A stretch of 29,564 nucleotides of DNA from a virus (taxonomy: Duplodnaviria > Caudoviricetes), in the IMG/VR virus record IMGVR_UViG_3300011102_000089, positions 1 through 29,564 of that record. One strand, 5' to 3'. The first letter of the stretch is position 1; every line of letters starts with the position of its first letter. This document shows positions 17,501 through 26,800 of this stretch, in pieces. The notes below the pieces were generated by a model, which was not told the origin of the DNA, did no database searches, and saw only the letters and a program-made list of their open reading frames with translations. The position numbers and the translations under genes are program-made.

Positions 17501-18996
17501 GGCAATTCGAAGGTTTTCGCCCCACGGCCTATTGGGACGTGAACGCTTACCGGGTCGGTTATGGCTCGGACACCGTGACTTTGGATGACGGTTCGATCCA
17601 GAAGGTCACGCAGGGCATGAAGGTTAGTCAGGAAGAAGCCTTGCGCGATCTGGTGCGCCGGGTTGGTGAGTTCCAAGACACCATCAAGCGGCAGATCGGT
17701 AGTGATCGTTGGAGTACCTTTACGCCGGATCAGCAAGCCGCTCTCACTTCGATAGCGTACAACTACGGCAGCCTACCGAAGCGCATCATAGATGCTGTCA
17801 AGTACGGCACGAGCGAGGAAATCGCCAAAGCAGTTCGCGGTTTACGTGGTGATAACGGCGGCATCAACGCCAAGCGCCGTGAGGCGGAAGCGCAAATCCT
17901 GGAACGCGGCAATCCGAGACTCGAACAAGATCGCCTGGCGGCTGTCGAGCGTGTCACCAGCGAACTGCAAAAGCAGCTTGACTTGGTTGGCAAGACCGAA
18001 CTGCAAAAGCGCATCATTGAGGCCCTGGACAAGGCCGGCGTGAAAGCTGAGTCCGAGAAGGGTCGCGAGATCGCACAGCAGGTGACGAAGCTGTACGAGG
18101 CCGAGCAGGCCGCCAAGGCCCACGAAACGGCCGAGAAGCGGGTTAACGACCTGCTCGCGTTGCGCAAGGAAATACAAGAGCAAATCGAGTTCCAGCGCAG
18201 CCGAGGCAACACCGAGGCGATCCCCCAACTTGAACAGCAGTTGGCCGGCGTCAATGAGCGCCTGCAAGAGGCTATCGATAACGCCATCAAGTTCTGGCAA
18301 GCCCTTGGTGGTCCCGACGCTGAGTTGGCTATCGCAAGGCTAACAAACGTCAGGAACACGATCACTGACGTTACGGCTCGGACCATCGAGGCTCAGGACG
18401 TAGCAAACGCATTCACGAATGCCGCTGTGCAGGGCTTCGACCGTGCGGCCCAAGCCATCGCTGGCTGGATCGACGGCACGCTCTCCGGGAAGGAAGCGCT
18501 GGAACAGTTGCGTGACGCATTCCTTCAGTTTGCCGCTGATTTCCTGCGCCAACTCGGTCAGATGATCATGCAGGCAATCATCTTCAACATGGTGAGCGGC
18601 TTCTTCGGCGGTGCGGGCGCACCGATGATGAACGGTCTGCGCGGCCTTGTGGCTCACACCGGGGGGATTGCGCAGGAAGGACGCACAAGCCGCCTTGTGT
18701 CTCCGGCCTGGTTTACCAACGCGGTGCGCTATCATAGTGGCGGCATTGCAGGCCTGGCGCCGAACGAAGTGCCGGCGATCCTGGAACGCGGCGAAGAAGT
18801 TCTGACCCGCGACGATCCTCGCCACATCATGAACGGCGGGGCCGCTGGTGGGCAGATGAACGTGAAGATCGTTAACACGATCGACGCCGGCGATTTCGTC
18901 AGCCAGGGCCTCAATACCGAAGTCGGTCAGCAAAGCATTCTCAACTACATAAGCGCCAATTCCAGCGCAGTGAAAGGTGCGCTCGGTTTGGCGTGA
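14545..18996 (+). CDS. Tape measure protein with an internal lysozyme-like domain
   Basis: 1483 aa, Ala/Gln-rich coiled coil. Tape-measure domain AITQMMSKGTIQMEELRQQLGEHIPGA. Lysozyme segment FEGFRPTAYWDVNAYRVGYG...AALTSIAYNYG...RREAE. C-terminal YHSGG..NEVPAILERGEEVL. Confidence 0.93.
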   Translation: MATKGDVDLVIRARNEAGKALEAVTKALNDLADQQADISASSEKAGSALANFAKVAATVGNAYNKITTDADKAAQSIARQEKNLAETQAAYQALVAQLEAATRVQARLRRESEQEGADKQKLSAQLKLVGKAYADLEAQVQRTAQRVAQQEAAYRQSFYALQEITGSADQAKAALDRVREAQDRAAKSAADAAAKEAQLAAQQERLAQVAARRSALELRRSMMEAATSSQTAWRDAQEGIRRLAQEIGKAGAQTSEQVAKMAALANTARANKQAYSEIRVAIEQYTRVLRDQSATQQQVAAAQERARAALAGVRNAMTGIASSARSTANEQNNLANSSRKAADATTQLDRSLQSLFANSRRSLSLYQRLRGQVLSLTSSYIGLYGAINGVNQAIQASMAMQAVESRLNVVTGGNAGETAAQMQWIKSEADRLGFSIETLAGEWSKFAVSAQASNFTMAETRKIFTSVAEAGRVLKLNSQQVERAFVAITQMMSKGTIQMEELRQQLGEHIPGAFALMAEAVGVSGAELTKMMEQGELTSDALLKFADVLDKRFGSQLEKSLQLTQAEMGRFQTALTLALNDIANAGIIDEFTNALRQLTEMLRSAEAQVWFDRIGAAVGGVIRALMSLLENLDLILAALTALGAARGVGYVYALRKAFSDAILEIRTATTAAAGLRTVLAGIGGPAGLAISLLAGAFAFLSTRVSEAEKSMHSAAEAVGRITNAYREGAKSAEEWTKALQGMSELELDRDLRNLRRKLEDELRDIVQPFGRSFMTRARASDSPLKDVFEEINGLVEQARNGKIPLAEFKKRLDEIAQTHPQFRDLALRLQESTAEAQKTEDALRKLEASIRLMRGEATEADRDLLGLPKALDDTADAAERGASALEKYTKAMDELRKMVPRLKKELEFQTNLAKVTSNLQEALDAIGQREARGELTPAQAAQLRQEAMDIASQATQELKRGFDEAIIREFSQTRGDALLKSVNLLRQFEGFRPTAYWDVNAYRVGYGSDTVTLDDGSIQKVTQGMKVSQEEALRDLVRRVGEFQDTIKRQIGSDRWSTFTPDQQAALTSIAYNYGSLPKRIIDAVKYGTSEEIAKAVRGLRGDNGGINAKRREAEAQILERGNPRLEQDRLAAVERVTSELQKQLDLVGKTELQKRIIEALDKAGVKAESEKGREIAQQVTKLYEAEQAAKAHETAEKRVNDLLALRKEIQEQIEFQRSRGNTEAIPQLEQQLAGVNERLQEAIDNAIKFWQALGGPDAELAIARLTNVRNTITDVTARTIEAQDVANAFTNAAVQGFDRAAQAIAGWIDGTLSGKEALEQLRDAFLQFAADFLRQLGQMIMQAIIFNMVSGFFGGAGAPMMNGLRGLVAHTGGIAQEGRTSRLVSPAWFTNAVRYHSGGIAGLAPNEVPAILERGEEVLTRDDPRHIMNGGAAGGQMNVKIVNTIDAGDFVSQGLNTEVGQQSILNYISANSSAVKGALGLA

Positions 18997-19007
18997 GGGA
19001 GTATTAA

Positions 19008-19970
19008 ATGGCCTACGAAATTGGCACTACCAGCGGCTATGCCGATCTTTCGGAGAAGTTTATTGACTTCCTGACGACGAACGACGACCTGGTTGCGCTC
19101 GGTCAGCAATGGGAAGTTGTTTGGACCGGAAGCGGTCGTATGCCGACCTACCCGGAAGACATCGTTCTGCGCGGACCAGGGTTGGCCGGTTCAGACGACA
19201 TCTACGTCGGGTTCCGTCAAATCCCCTTGCCCGGCAATGACCGCTACAACTGGGAATTTCGCGGAATTGTTGGCATAAACCCAGCCGCGATTACATATGA
19301 TGAACACACGAACGTGTCTGGTGGAGTGTGCATGCACTTCGGTGACTATGAGATGCCCTACTGGTTCATCGCCAACGGCCGGCGCTTCATCGTCATTGTG
19401 CGCGTGAGCACTACGTATCAGATGGGCTACGGCGGCCTCATCTTACCCTATGCCCCGCCGAACATTTGGTCTTACCCGCTCGCCGTGGGCGGTACGACGA
19501 CGAATGCCGCTTTGCGTTGGTCGGACGTATCGGCAGAAATGCATCACTTTCCAGACCCAGGTACGGGAGGGAATCTCAAGCTGTTCCGATATGACAACGC
19601 CTGGGCGTCTGCTCAAAATTGGGGCAGCACCTATCGGGATAGATCCACGCTCACGGTGTCGCCGTGGAATCCATCGCACTGCACGCTCGACCTCGACGGA
19701 AACAGCAGCCCCTTGGAGTACCGGCGCGGCTTCTTCCAGAAAATCCAACGCGCGCTCGACGGGCGCTATGTGCTGACGCCCGCGACGCTGGTGCAGTCGT
19801 CGCCCGCGCCCGCGCAGCTTGGCGTGCTGGAAGGCGTCTACCATGTCCCAGGGTTCAATTTGAGCGCCGAAACGATCCTCGACTACGACGATATCCAATA
19901 TATCTGCATCCCCGACATCAACCGTCTCGGCAATGACTTCTTTGCCGCCTATGCCCTAAACGGTGATTGA
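19008..19970 (+). CDS. Virion structural (tail) protein
   Basis: Follows the tape measure gene with a GGAG SD. MAYEIGT, YWFIANGRRFIVIVRV and YPLAVGG recall YuA/chi-type minor tail proteins. Confidence 0.65.
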   Translation: MAYEIGTTSGYADLSEKFIDFLTTNDDLVALGQQWEVVWTGSGRMPTYPEDIVLRGPGLAGSDDIYVGFRQIPLPGNDRYNWEFRGIVGINPAAITYDEHTNVSGGVCMHFGDYEMPYWFIANGRRFIVIVRVSTTYQMGYGGLILPYAPPNIWSYPLAVGGTTTNAALRWSDVSAEMHHFPDPGTGGNLKLFRYDNAWASAQNWGSTYRDRSTLTVSPWNPSHCTLDLDGNSSPLEYRRGFFQKIQRALDGRYVLTPATLVQSSPAPAQLGVLEGVYHVPGFNLSAETILDYDDIQYICIPDINRLGNDFFAAYALNGD

Positions 19971-19971
19971 T

Positions 19972-20910
19972 ATGGCATATGCTTCCTACAATGTCTCTAC
20001 CACCCTCGAAGTCGTCGAGGCGATGGTCGATTTCGCGCAGAACACGGCAGGCTGGACTGCAAGCATGACCAGTTCAGATACTGGCACTTTCACCGCACCA
20101 GGGAAAGACCGTAGTTTCACTGCTCGCTCAGTGGTCACAAGCTGGCCTTTAACGCCGGATGCGCCTACGATATATCTCGAACTGACAGGGACTCCGCCCG
20201 CTGGTTATGAGCGATCGCTGACGTTCTTTCGTCAAACAACTGAGGGGAACACGAGCGGCACGATTGGCGGCCCCCCGTCTAAAGTCGATCTATTCGGGCG
20301 GGCTAGTCCAACCCCGTTTATCGTTGCCGCTGTTGAGACTCAGCCCGGCTCGTTCAGGCATCTCTACATGGGTTATGTAGAGCAGTTGGCACCGTTTTCC
20401 GGCGGGGAAATTATCAGTGGCTGCCCTGATCCGTATCAATGGGGGCTTGTTGATGCCTATGAATATCACGGGTTCGCCACCCCTTCTTTGTTTGAGTACA
20501 ACGTCGATACTGACGGTTGGCCTGGCACGTACAGCGGAGGTATCAACATAAATGGCACGTTTGCAAAGTTTCGACGCGATGGTTTGTTTGTGGAAGGCGG
20601 GCCGCGACGCCGTTCGATGCTATCACCATTGAGAACAACAAATGCTTTCAGTGGCTACACTCCATTGAATCCAATTAATCTCTATTACGGAACTGAATCT
20701 ACAACCCAAAATTATTGGATACCAATTGGAACACCGGCCGGTGTGCGAACGCTGTCAATGACTAACTTCTTTCCAGGGCAGCAGGTAACTTTGCCCGATG
20801 AATCCGCTTGGCGTGTTTACCCACTGCGCAAGAAGGGGCCGAACACTGCCAGCGTAGGTAATCCCGAAACCTCTGGCGACTACGGATTTGCGTTCCTAAT
20901 GGATGACTGA
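19972..20910 (+). CDS. Virion structural (tail) protein
   Basis: Coupled in the tail operon. FRHLYMG, W.VYP..KK and SGDYGFA motifs. The start could be 19963 or 19972. Confidence 0.6.
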   Translation: MAYASYNVSTTLEVVEAMVDFAQNTAGWTASMTSSDTGTFTAPGKDRSFTARSVVTSWPLTPDAPTIYLELTGTPPAGYERSLTFFRQTTEGNTSGTIGGPPSKVDLFGRASPTPFIVAAVETQPGSFRHLYMGYVEQLAPFSGGEIISGCPDPYQWGLVDAYEYHGFATPSLFEYNVDTDGWPGTYSGGININGTFAKFRRDGLFVEGGPRRRSMLSPLRTTNAFSGYTPLNPINLYYGTESTTQNYWIPIGTPAGVRTLSMTNFFPGQQVTLPDESAWRVYPLRKKGPNTASVGNPETSGDYGFAFLMDD

Positions 20911-22600
20911 CATGGCGGATACAGCACTGCCGCTCGGAATGTCCCCTCTCGGGCTGACCGAAAGTCTGACGCAATCTTTCTATCAGCGCACGGACTCGTT
21001 TTGGCGGGTCAATGATGTTACTGCTGGGCGACACAGCTTCCCGGCAGATATGACGCGCGTGATTCCGACAATCCCGGAGAAGCACGCTGGTGCATATGTC
21101 TCCAAGTCATATTCGGATCATTTCTTCAACACCATCTTCTTGATCCCCACTTCGATCGACTTCGGAGCGGTGATCGCGGACGTAACGCGCACGTTCTTCA
21201 TCTGGAACGCCTACTTCCGCTCGGTTGATTTGGAAGCTGTTACTGCCAGCAACACTGAAGGTATCAGCCTCACAAACCCCACACCCCCGCCGTCCACGTA
21301 CAAGCCTTTGCAGTTCACGCAGCTTTCGGTGACGGCGCACCTTAACGGTCCACCGACCATCGACGGGCGCTTCAACTTCGTCTTCGACGTGCGCACCATG
21401 TCGCTGGCGCTGGCCGGCTTGCGGGCTGAGATTTGGGACATGCTGCCCAACTGGTCGGCCGGCTACAAGATTTCCTATGAGTACAAGACGGAAATCATCA
21501 CTAGCCGCTCTGGTCGTGAGCAGCGTCGAGCGTTGCGCCAAACGCCGCGCAAATGGTTAGAGTTCTCTGTCCACGCGGCCCACGATAAGGCGTGGCGTTT
21601 GCGCGGCATGTTTGACGCATGGCAAGACAAGGCTTTCATTCTTCCCGAGCTAACTAGGTCAATCACTACAACGTCTGGCGTGGCCGCCAATGCCCGCATC
21701 ATGATCGTCGATAGCGTGCCGGACTGGCTTCGACCGGGAGCATTCATCGTTCTGCGAAACGGCAATCGACACGGCATGCGTATCGTAGAGTCAATCGACG
21801 ATGATGAAGTCACCTTTACGTCCGTTTCGCCCGACACCTGGCCAGAAGGTACGCTTGTCCATCCTGGGCTATTCGGCAGAGTTCAGGTCGAGCAGGCTGT
21901 CAACAACCTAACCAGCAATGTGAGCGACTTGGCTTTCCGGTATGACGTGGCCCCGGCGAGCGAAGGGGTCGATGACGCTGGTACACCTTTCCCTGACTAC
22001 AACGGGAGCGAACTGTTCCTGAAGAAGCCGAATTGGGCAAACGCGCCCAGGGTTAACTTCCAGGCCGAAGTTGAAAAGCTGGATTACGGCCGGGGCGTGG
22101 CTGAATTCCTGACTTTGTTGGATTTTCGGCGCCGCATTGTGCAGGCCACCTTTCTATCACGCAATCGAGCCGAAGCCGTCGAGATCGAGCAGTTTTTCCG
22201 GCGCATGAAGGGCCGGCGTGGGACTTTCTACATGCCGACCTACCAACCTGACATCGTGCCCGCCTCAGACTTATCACAGCTTAACCGTTTCATGACCGTG
22301 GCTGGCCCGGACCTGCTGAAGTTCTATCAGAACAGTCCGGTCTACCGTCATATGTTCATCCGCTTTCATGACGGCTCACACCTCATTAGACCCGTGATCG
22401 CGATCAGCGAACAGGCGGGCAATAGCGTCATTGATGCTGGCACAAACTGGCCGCGTGACATCGCCATTTCCGAAATCTTGATGATTTGCTGGCTGCCCCG
22501 GTGGCGGTTGGCCTCAGACATCCTGACGATCGAATGGCTGACCGATGAGGTCGCCCAATTCCAGATGTCCATGCAAACGCAGGAGGACATTGAAGCATGA
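20903..22600 (+). CDS. Tail-tip / distal tail-like structural protein
   Basis: PNWS...SYEYKTEIITSRSGREQRRALRQTPR and FFRRMKGRRGTFYMPT (Dit-like motifs). Synteny before the DUF2163 gene. Confidence 0.65.
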   Translation: MTDMADTALPLGMSPLGLTESLTQSFYQRTDSFWRVNDVTAGRHSFPADMTRVIPTIPEKHAGAYVSKSYSDHFFNTIFLIPTSIDFGAVIADVTRTFFIWNAYFRSVDLEAVTASNTEGISLTNPTPPPSTYKPLQFTQLSVTAHLNGPPTIDGRFNFVFDVRTMSLALAGLRAEIWDMLPNWSAGYKISYEYKTEIITSRSGREQRRALRQTPRKWLEFSVHAAHDKAWRLRGMFDAWQDKAFILPELTRSITTTSGVAANARIMIVDSVPDWLRPGAFIVLRNGNRHGMRIVESIDDDEVTFTSVSPDTWPEGTLVHPGLFGRVQVEQAVNNLTSNVSDLAFRYDVAPASEGVDDAGTPFPDYNGSELFLKKPNWANAPRVNFQAEVEKLDYGRGVAEFLTLLDFRRRIVQATFLSRNRAEAVEIEQFFRRMKGRRGTFYMPTYQPDIVPASDLSQLNRFMTVAGPDLLKFYQNSPVYRHMFIRFHDGSHLIRPVIAISEQAGNSVIDAGTNWPRDIAISEILMICWLPRWRLASDILTIEWLTDEVAQFQMSMQTQEDIEA

Positions 22601-23418
22601 GCTTCAACAATATCGAAACTAGCGTCGATCAAGGCGAGCCGATTGAACTGTACAAGTTCACATACGGTGATCAGCCTGACCAGGTGTACGGCTACACGGA
22701 CGGCGAACAACCTGTCGTCTTCAACACGATCGAGTATCGCCCGATCCCTATCCAGCGTGGGGCGATCAGCATTTCAGGCACTCTCGATAAAGCAGCCTTG
22801 ACGGTTAAGCTTCCTGGGTCGTCTGAAATCCCCGAGATGTTCCGGGTCTATTCCCCATCGACGGTGATCAACCTGGAAATCTACCAAGGGCACGCCAATG
22901 ACCCTGACAAACAGTTCCTTTTGTGCTGGTCCGGGCGCGTGCTCAACTGCCGCTGGGTGAAGCGTGAGGCATCTCTGACCTGCGAGCCAATTACCACTTC
23001 GCTCAAGAGGCCAGGGCTGCGTCGAAACTACCAATACGGTTGCCCGCACGTCCTGTATGACCCAACCTCGTGCCGAGCCAGTAAGGCTGCTGCGACGGTA
23101 GAGGCGACCGTCCAGGCGATTGATGGCACCCTGGTCAGCCTTTCCGTGGCCGGCAACGAGGACTACGAGGGCGGCATCGTCGAGTGGCGCCAACCCAACG
23201 GCCGTCGTGAAATCCGCACCGTAGTGCGCGTCATCAGTGGCGCCTACCTGCTGTCAGGCTCGCCTATCGGCTTGATGGGCGGAATGAAGGTAAACTTGTC
23301 CAAAGGCTGCGATCACTCGCTAGCCGGCTGTGCAAAGCACGACAACATCCTGAATTTCGGAGGCTTCCCCTGGATTCCGCTGAAGAACCCGATGTCCAAC
23401 AGCAGCCCGTTTAAGTGA
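22597..23418 (+). CDS. DUF2163/BR0599-family tail hub protein (GTA/phage)
   Basis: PIELYKF, RRNYQYGCPHVLYD...C and GCDHSLAGC..HDNILNFGGFPWIP (conserved Cys cluster). Confidence 0.85.
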   Translation: MSFNNIETSVDQGEPIELYKFTYGDQPDQVYGYTDGEQPVVFNTIEYRPIPIQRGAISISGTLDKAALTVKLPGSSEIPEMFRVYSPSTVINLEIYQGHANDPDKQFLLCWSGRVLNCRWVKREASLTCEPITTSLKRPGLRRNYQYGCPHVLYDPTSCRASKAAATVEATVQAIDGTLVSLSVAGNEDYEGGIVEWRQPNGRREIRTVVRVISGAYLLSGSPIGLMGGMKVNLSKGCDHSLAGCAKHDNILNFGGFPWIPLKNPMSNSSPFK

Positions 23419-23419
23419 C

Positions 23420-23644
23420 ATGAACTTTCTCATCGCTTTCGTCGTCGCGCTGGTGCTTCAGGTCATCGCGTACCTGATTATGCCGAAGCCGAAGCAGCAG
23501 AAGACCGCGACAAAAGACCTAGAGTATCCGACTGCCGAGGCGGGCCGCCCCATCCCGAAGGTTTGGGGGAAGATCACCATCACAGGCCCGAACATCCTCT
23601 GGTACGGCGAAAAGGACATCTACAAGTACAAGGTGAAGGTATGA
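23420..23644 (+). CDS. Small tail assembly protein
   Basis: Hydrophobic N-terminus followed by YPTAEAGRPIPKVWG.ITITGPNILWYG, as in YuA/chi-type tail-tip clusters. Confidence 0.7.
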   Translation: MNFLIAFVVALVLQVIAYLIMPKPKQQKTATKDLEYPTAEAGRPIPKVWGKITITGPNILWYGEKDIYKYKVKV

Positions 23645-23856
23645 GCGACGATTTCACCGTGACAATCGACGACGTGCGGGGTGCCGGGCATTGCGTGCGC
23701 GGCGCAAAGCAATGGTTCGAAGGATATGGGTTGGACTTCCGTAGCTTTCTCGAAAGCGGCATAGCTGCGTCGAAAATGCTGGCAACTGGTGACGCCTACG
23801 GCATCCAGGTTGTCGAACACGCCCGCCGCCGAGTGGAGGCTGAGCATGGGCGGTAA
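23641..23856 (+). CDS. Small tail assembly protein
   Basis: ATGA coupling. VTIDDVR..GHCVRGAKQWF..YGLDFRSFL..GI is a conserved small gene found before the central tail protein. Confidence 0.7.
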   Translation: MSDDFTVTIDDVRGAGHCVRGAKQWFEGYGLDFRSFLESGIAASKMLATGDAYGIQVVEHARRRVEAEHGR

Positions 23857-26800
23857 ATCCAAACCGAAGATGGAAGTGGCGGAATACCGCCTTTCCATTC
23901 ACATGGGCATCGCACACAAGGTCGATAAAATCCACGCCCTATACATCGACGAGAAGAAATTCTGGTCGGGCGAGATAACGTCGAACACGGTCATCAACAT
24001 CAACCAGCCCAACCTTTTCGGTGGTAACAAAGAAGAAGGGGGCCTGGCCGGTGAAATTCACGTTCTAATGGGTGCGGATGGTCAAACCCTTTCGCCGTGG
24101 CTGGCCAACAAACTGACAGGTCGGCCTGGCGTACCTGGGTTTCGCGGCATCACTTCCCTGTTCTTCACGGGCTTCCAGGGCGGTCGGCGTGGCTTCTACT
24201 GGACTGCCAACCAGCCCTACATTAAGCCGATTAGTGTCACCGTCTCCTACACGCCGGTGGGATTGAACCCGTCCTATGCCGCTTTTCCAGATGGTACGGT
24301 GAACCCTGCTCATGTGATCTACGAGGCCATGACTGACCCGCAGTTGGGCATGGGAACTCCGACGTATCTGTTCGATCTGCCAACCTGGAATGCGGCCGCA
24401 CAGACCCTCTGGAATGAAGGGATGGGTGTTTCCCTGGCCTGGGTGAACCAAAGTTCCATCGAGCAGATCGTCAAAGACCTGCAAGACCTGATCGACGGCT
24501 GGGTGTTCCAACACCCGCGCACCGGCTTGTGGACTTTGCGTCTGGTGCGTGGGGGCTATGACGTGAACACCATGCGCACGATCACCCCTGACGACGCCAT
24601 CTTCTCAAATTTCCAGCGCAAAGGCCTAGGTGAAACGGTGAACGAAATCGTCGTGACCTGGACCAACCCCGAAAACGAGCAGGAAGAAACCGTCACGGTC
24701 CACGACAACGGAAACCTGGCCGCACAAGGGTCCATCGTTTCCGACAGCAGGAACTACTACGCAGCCCGTTCGGCAGAATTGGCGGCCAAGCTTGCGCAGC
24801 GAGATATCCGGGTTGCGAGCGCCCCTTTGTGCGCTTGCGACGTGGTTTTGAACCGCAAGTTTTGGGACTTGGTGCCTGGCGACGTGGTGAAGGTCACATG
24901 GCCTGACTACGGCCTGAATGAGCTTGTCATGCGCGTCGGGAAGGTCGATTACGGCATGCCTGGCGACCAGGCGATCAAGGTCAACCTGGTTGAAGATGTC
25001 TTCGCCATCCCTGCCGGCTCCTATGTCAGCCCGCCGTCGTCCGGTTGGGTTGATCCGTCCGAACCACCGGCGCCGATCCCCGCGAACTTGCAGCATGTGG
25101 TGACGCTACCCAGCTACTTCCTGGCCAATTTGATGGACGCCTCGTCGATCGAAGACCCGGAAGTTCGAGCAGGGGTTCTGGTCACACAAACAGGCCAGGA
25201 CACGTTCGCGTACAACTTGCTGTCCTACCTCGCCAACGCCGGCGGCACTCAAGAATGGACCTACATCGACCAGCTTCCGACACTCGGCTATGCGCCGCTT
25301 CCTGTGGCGCTTGAGCGTGAAGCGACTTCCACCATTGCCGATTTGAACCCGATCTACGGGAGCACCTATCCGAAGGTCGGGGCGTTCATCTGGATCGGCG
25401 AGCCGGAAAATTTCGACGAGGCGGCAGGTGATGGAGCCTTCCGCCGTGCAGAGCTTTGCTTGATCACCGGCTACGGCGCCCAGGGTTGGACGGTGATGCG
25501 CGGTGTGCTCGACACTCAACCTCTCGACTGGCCGCAGGGGACACCCTTCTGGATCATCGACCCAGACGTGACCATGGATGACTTGGGGACCATTCGTTCG
25601 GCTGGCGAGTTGGCTCGATATAAGGCCCTGCCGCAGACTTCCCAAGGGGTGCTCGACGAAGCGCAAGCCGTTCAGTTCACGGGCACATTGACGGCTCGTC
25701 CGTATTTCCCGGCTCGACCGGCCAACGTTCGTGTCAATGGCGTACCGTGGGGGCCGGAGATTATAGGTTTTGGCCTCGATGCGGTTTTCACCTGGTCAAA
25801 CCGAAACCGACTGACGGAAACGTCGCAAATTCTGCCGTGGGATGCTGCGTCAATTGCACCTGAAGACGGTCAAGAAACCGTGGTTGAAATTTTTGAAAGT
25901 GAGCCGAAGGCCGACAGTTCGTATAAGGCACGTAAAATTTCTACCGGACAGACCCTCACTTTCACCAATGATGAGCTTGTTGATGCTGTCCCAACTGGAG
26001 ATGTCGCCTGGTCGGTGTATTCCATTCGGGATGGGAAGGCTTCCTTTTCTAGGGTGTGGGGTCGCTTCACTTTGGATGTGGGAGCAACGGTTAAATTCAT
26101 ACGGGCATCCGATCATGTGTTTGGAACTGACATTTCGCGTTCAGTGACTCTACCTAGTCTCGACGACGTGGTTGTTTCAGCATCCGCGTTGTTCATGGTC
26201 GTAATGCATCGCGATAAACTTACGCCACCGCCTGGCTGGGAGCTTGTCGTAACTGGCTATTCCTCCATAGCGCCGAGCACGGACTTCGTGCAGCGCACTT
26301 CGATTTATCAGAAAACAGACCTGAGCATCGAAGACTCTGGTGCAGTTAGTACGTGGGTTCAAGAAACCAGTAGCCTTATCTACTTACAGGCGCTGCTGTT
26401 CGAATGCTCAGATTCGTCTGAGGGTGTCTCCGTAGCTGAGAAGGGCGACCGTTCTGACAATGGAAATAGTGCGACTGTCGCTGTTCCTGTCTTAACAACC
26501 ACCATGCCCGGAGAATGCTTTCTGACGGCAGCTTCTTACGTATTGTCGTCAAGCAGCGTCTCTATCACTATCACCCCTCCGGCCAATTCGACACTGGTAT
26601 CGCCCGCATCAATTGCCAGTAACCGTCTCGGTATTGCTTACCGCAACGCTGCTCAACCTGGTGTGTCTAGTTCGGGAAGCTTTACCACATCGAATATCGG
26701 CGCTAACTATGGCAACGCTATCACAGTGCGCTTGCAACCGACAAAACAAATTGTTCCGGCAGTTCAATTTGTTCGAGCCGCTGCACAAGTAAATTCGCAA

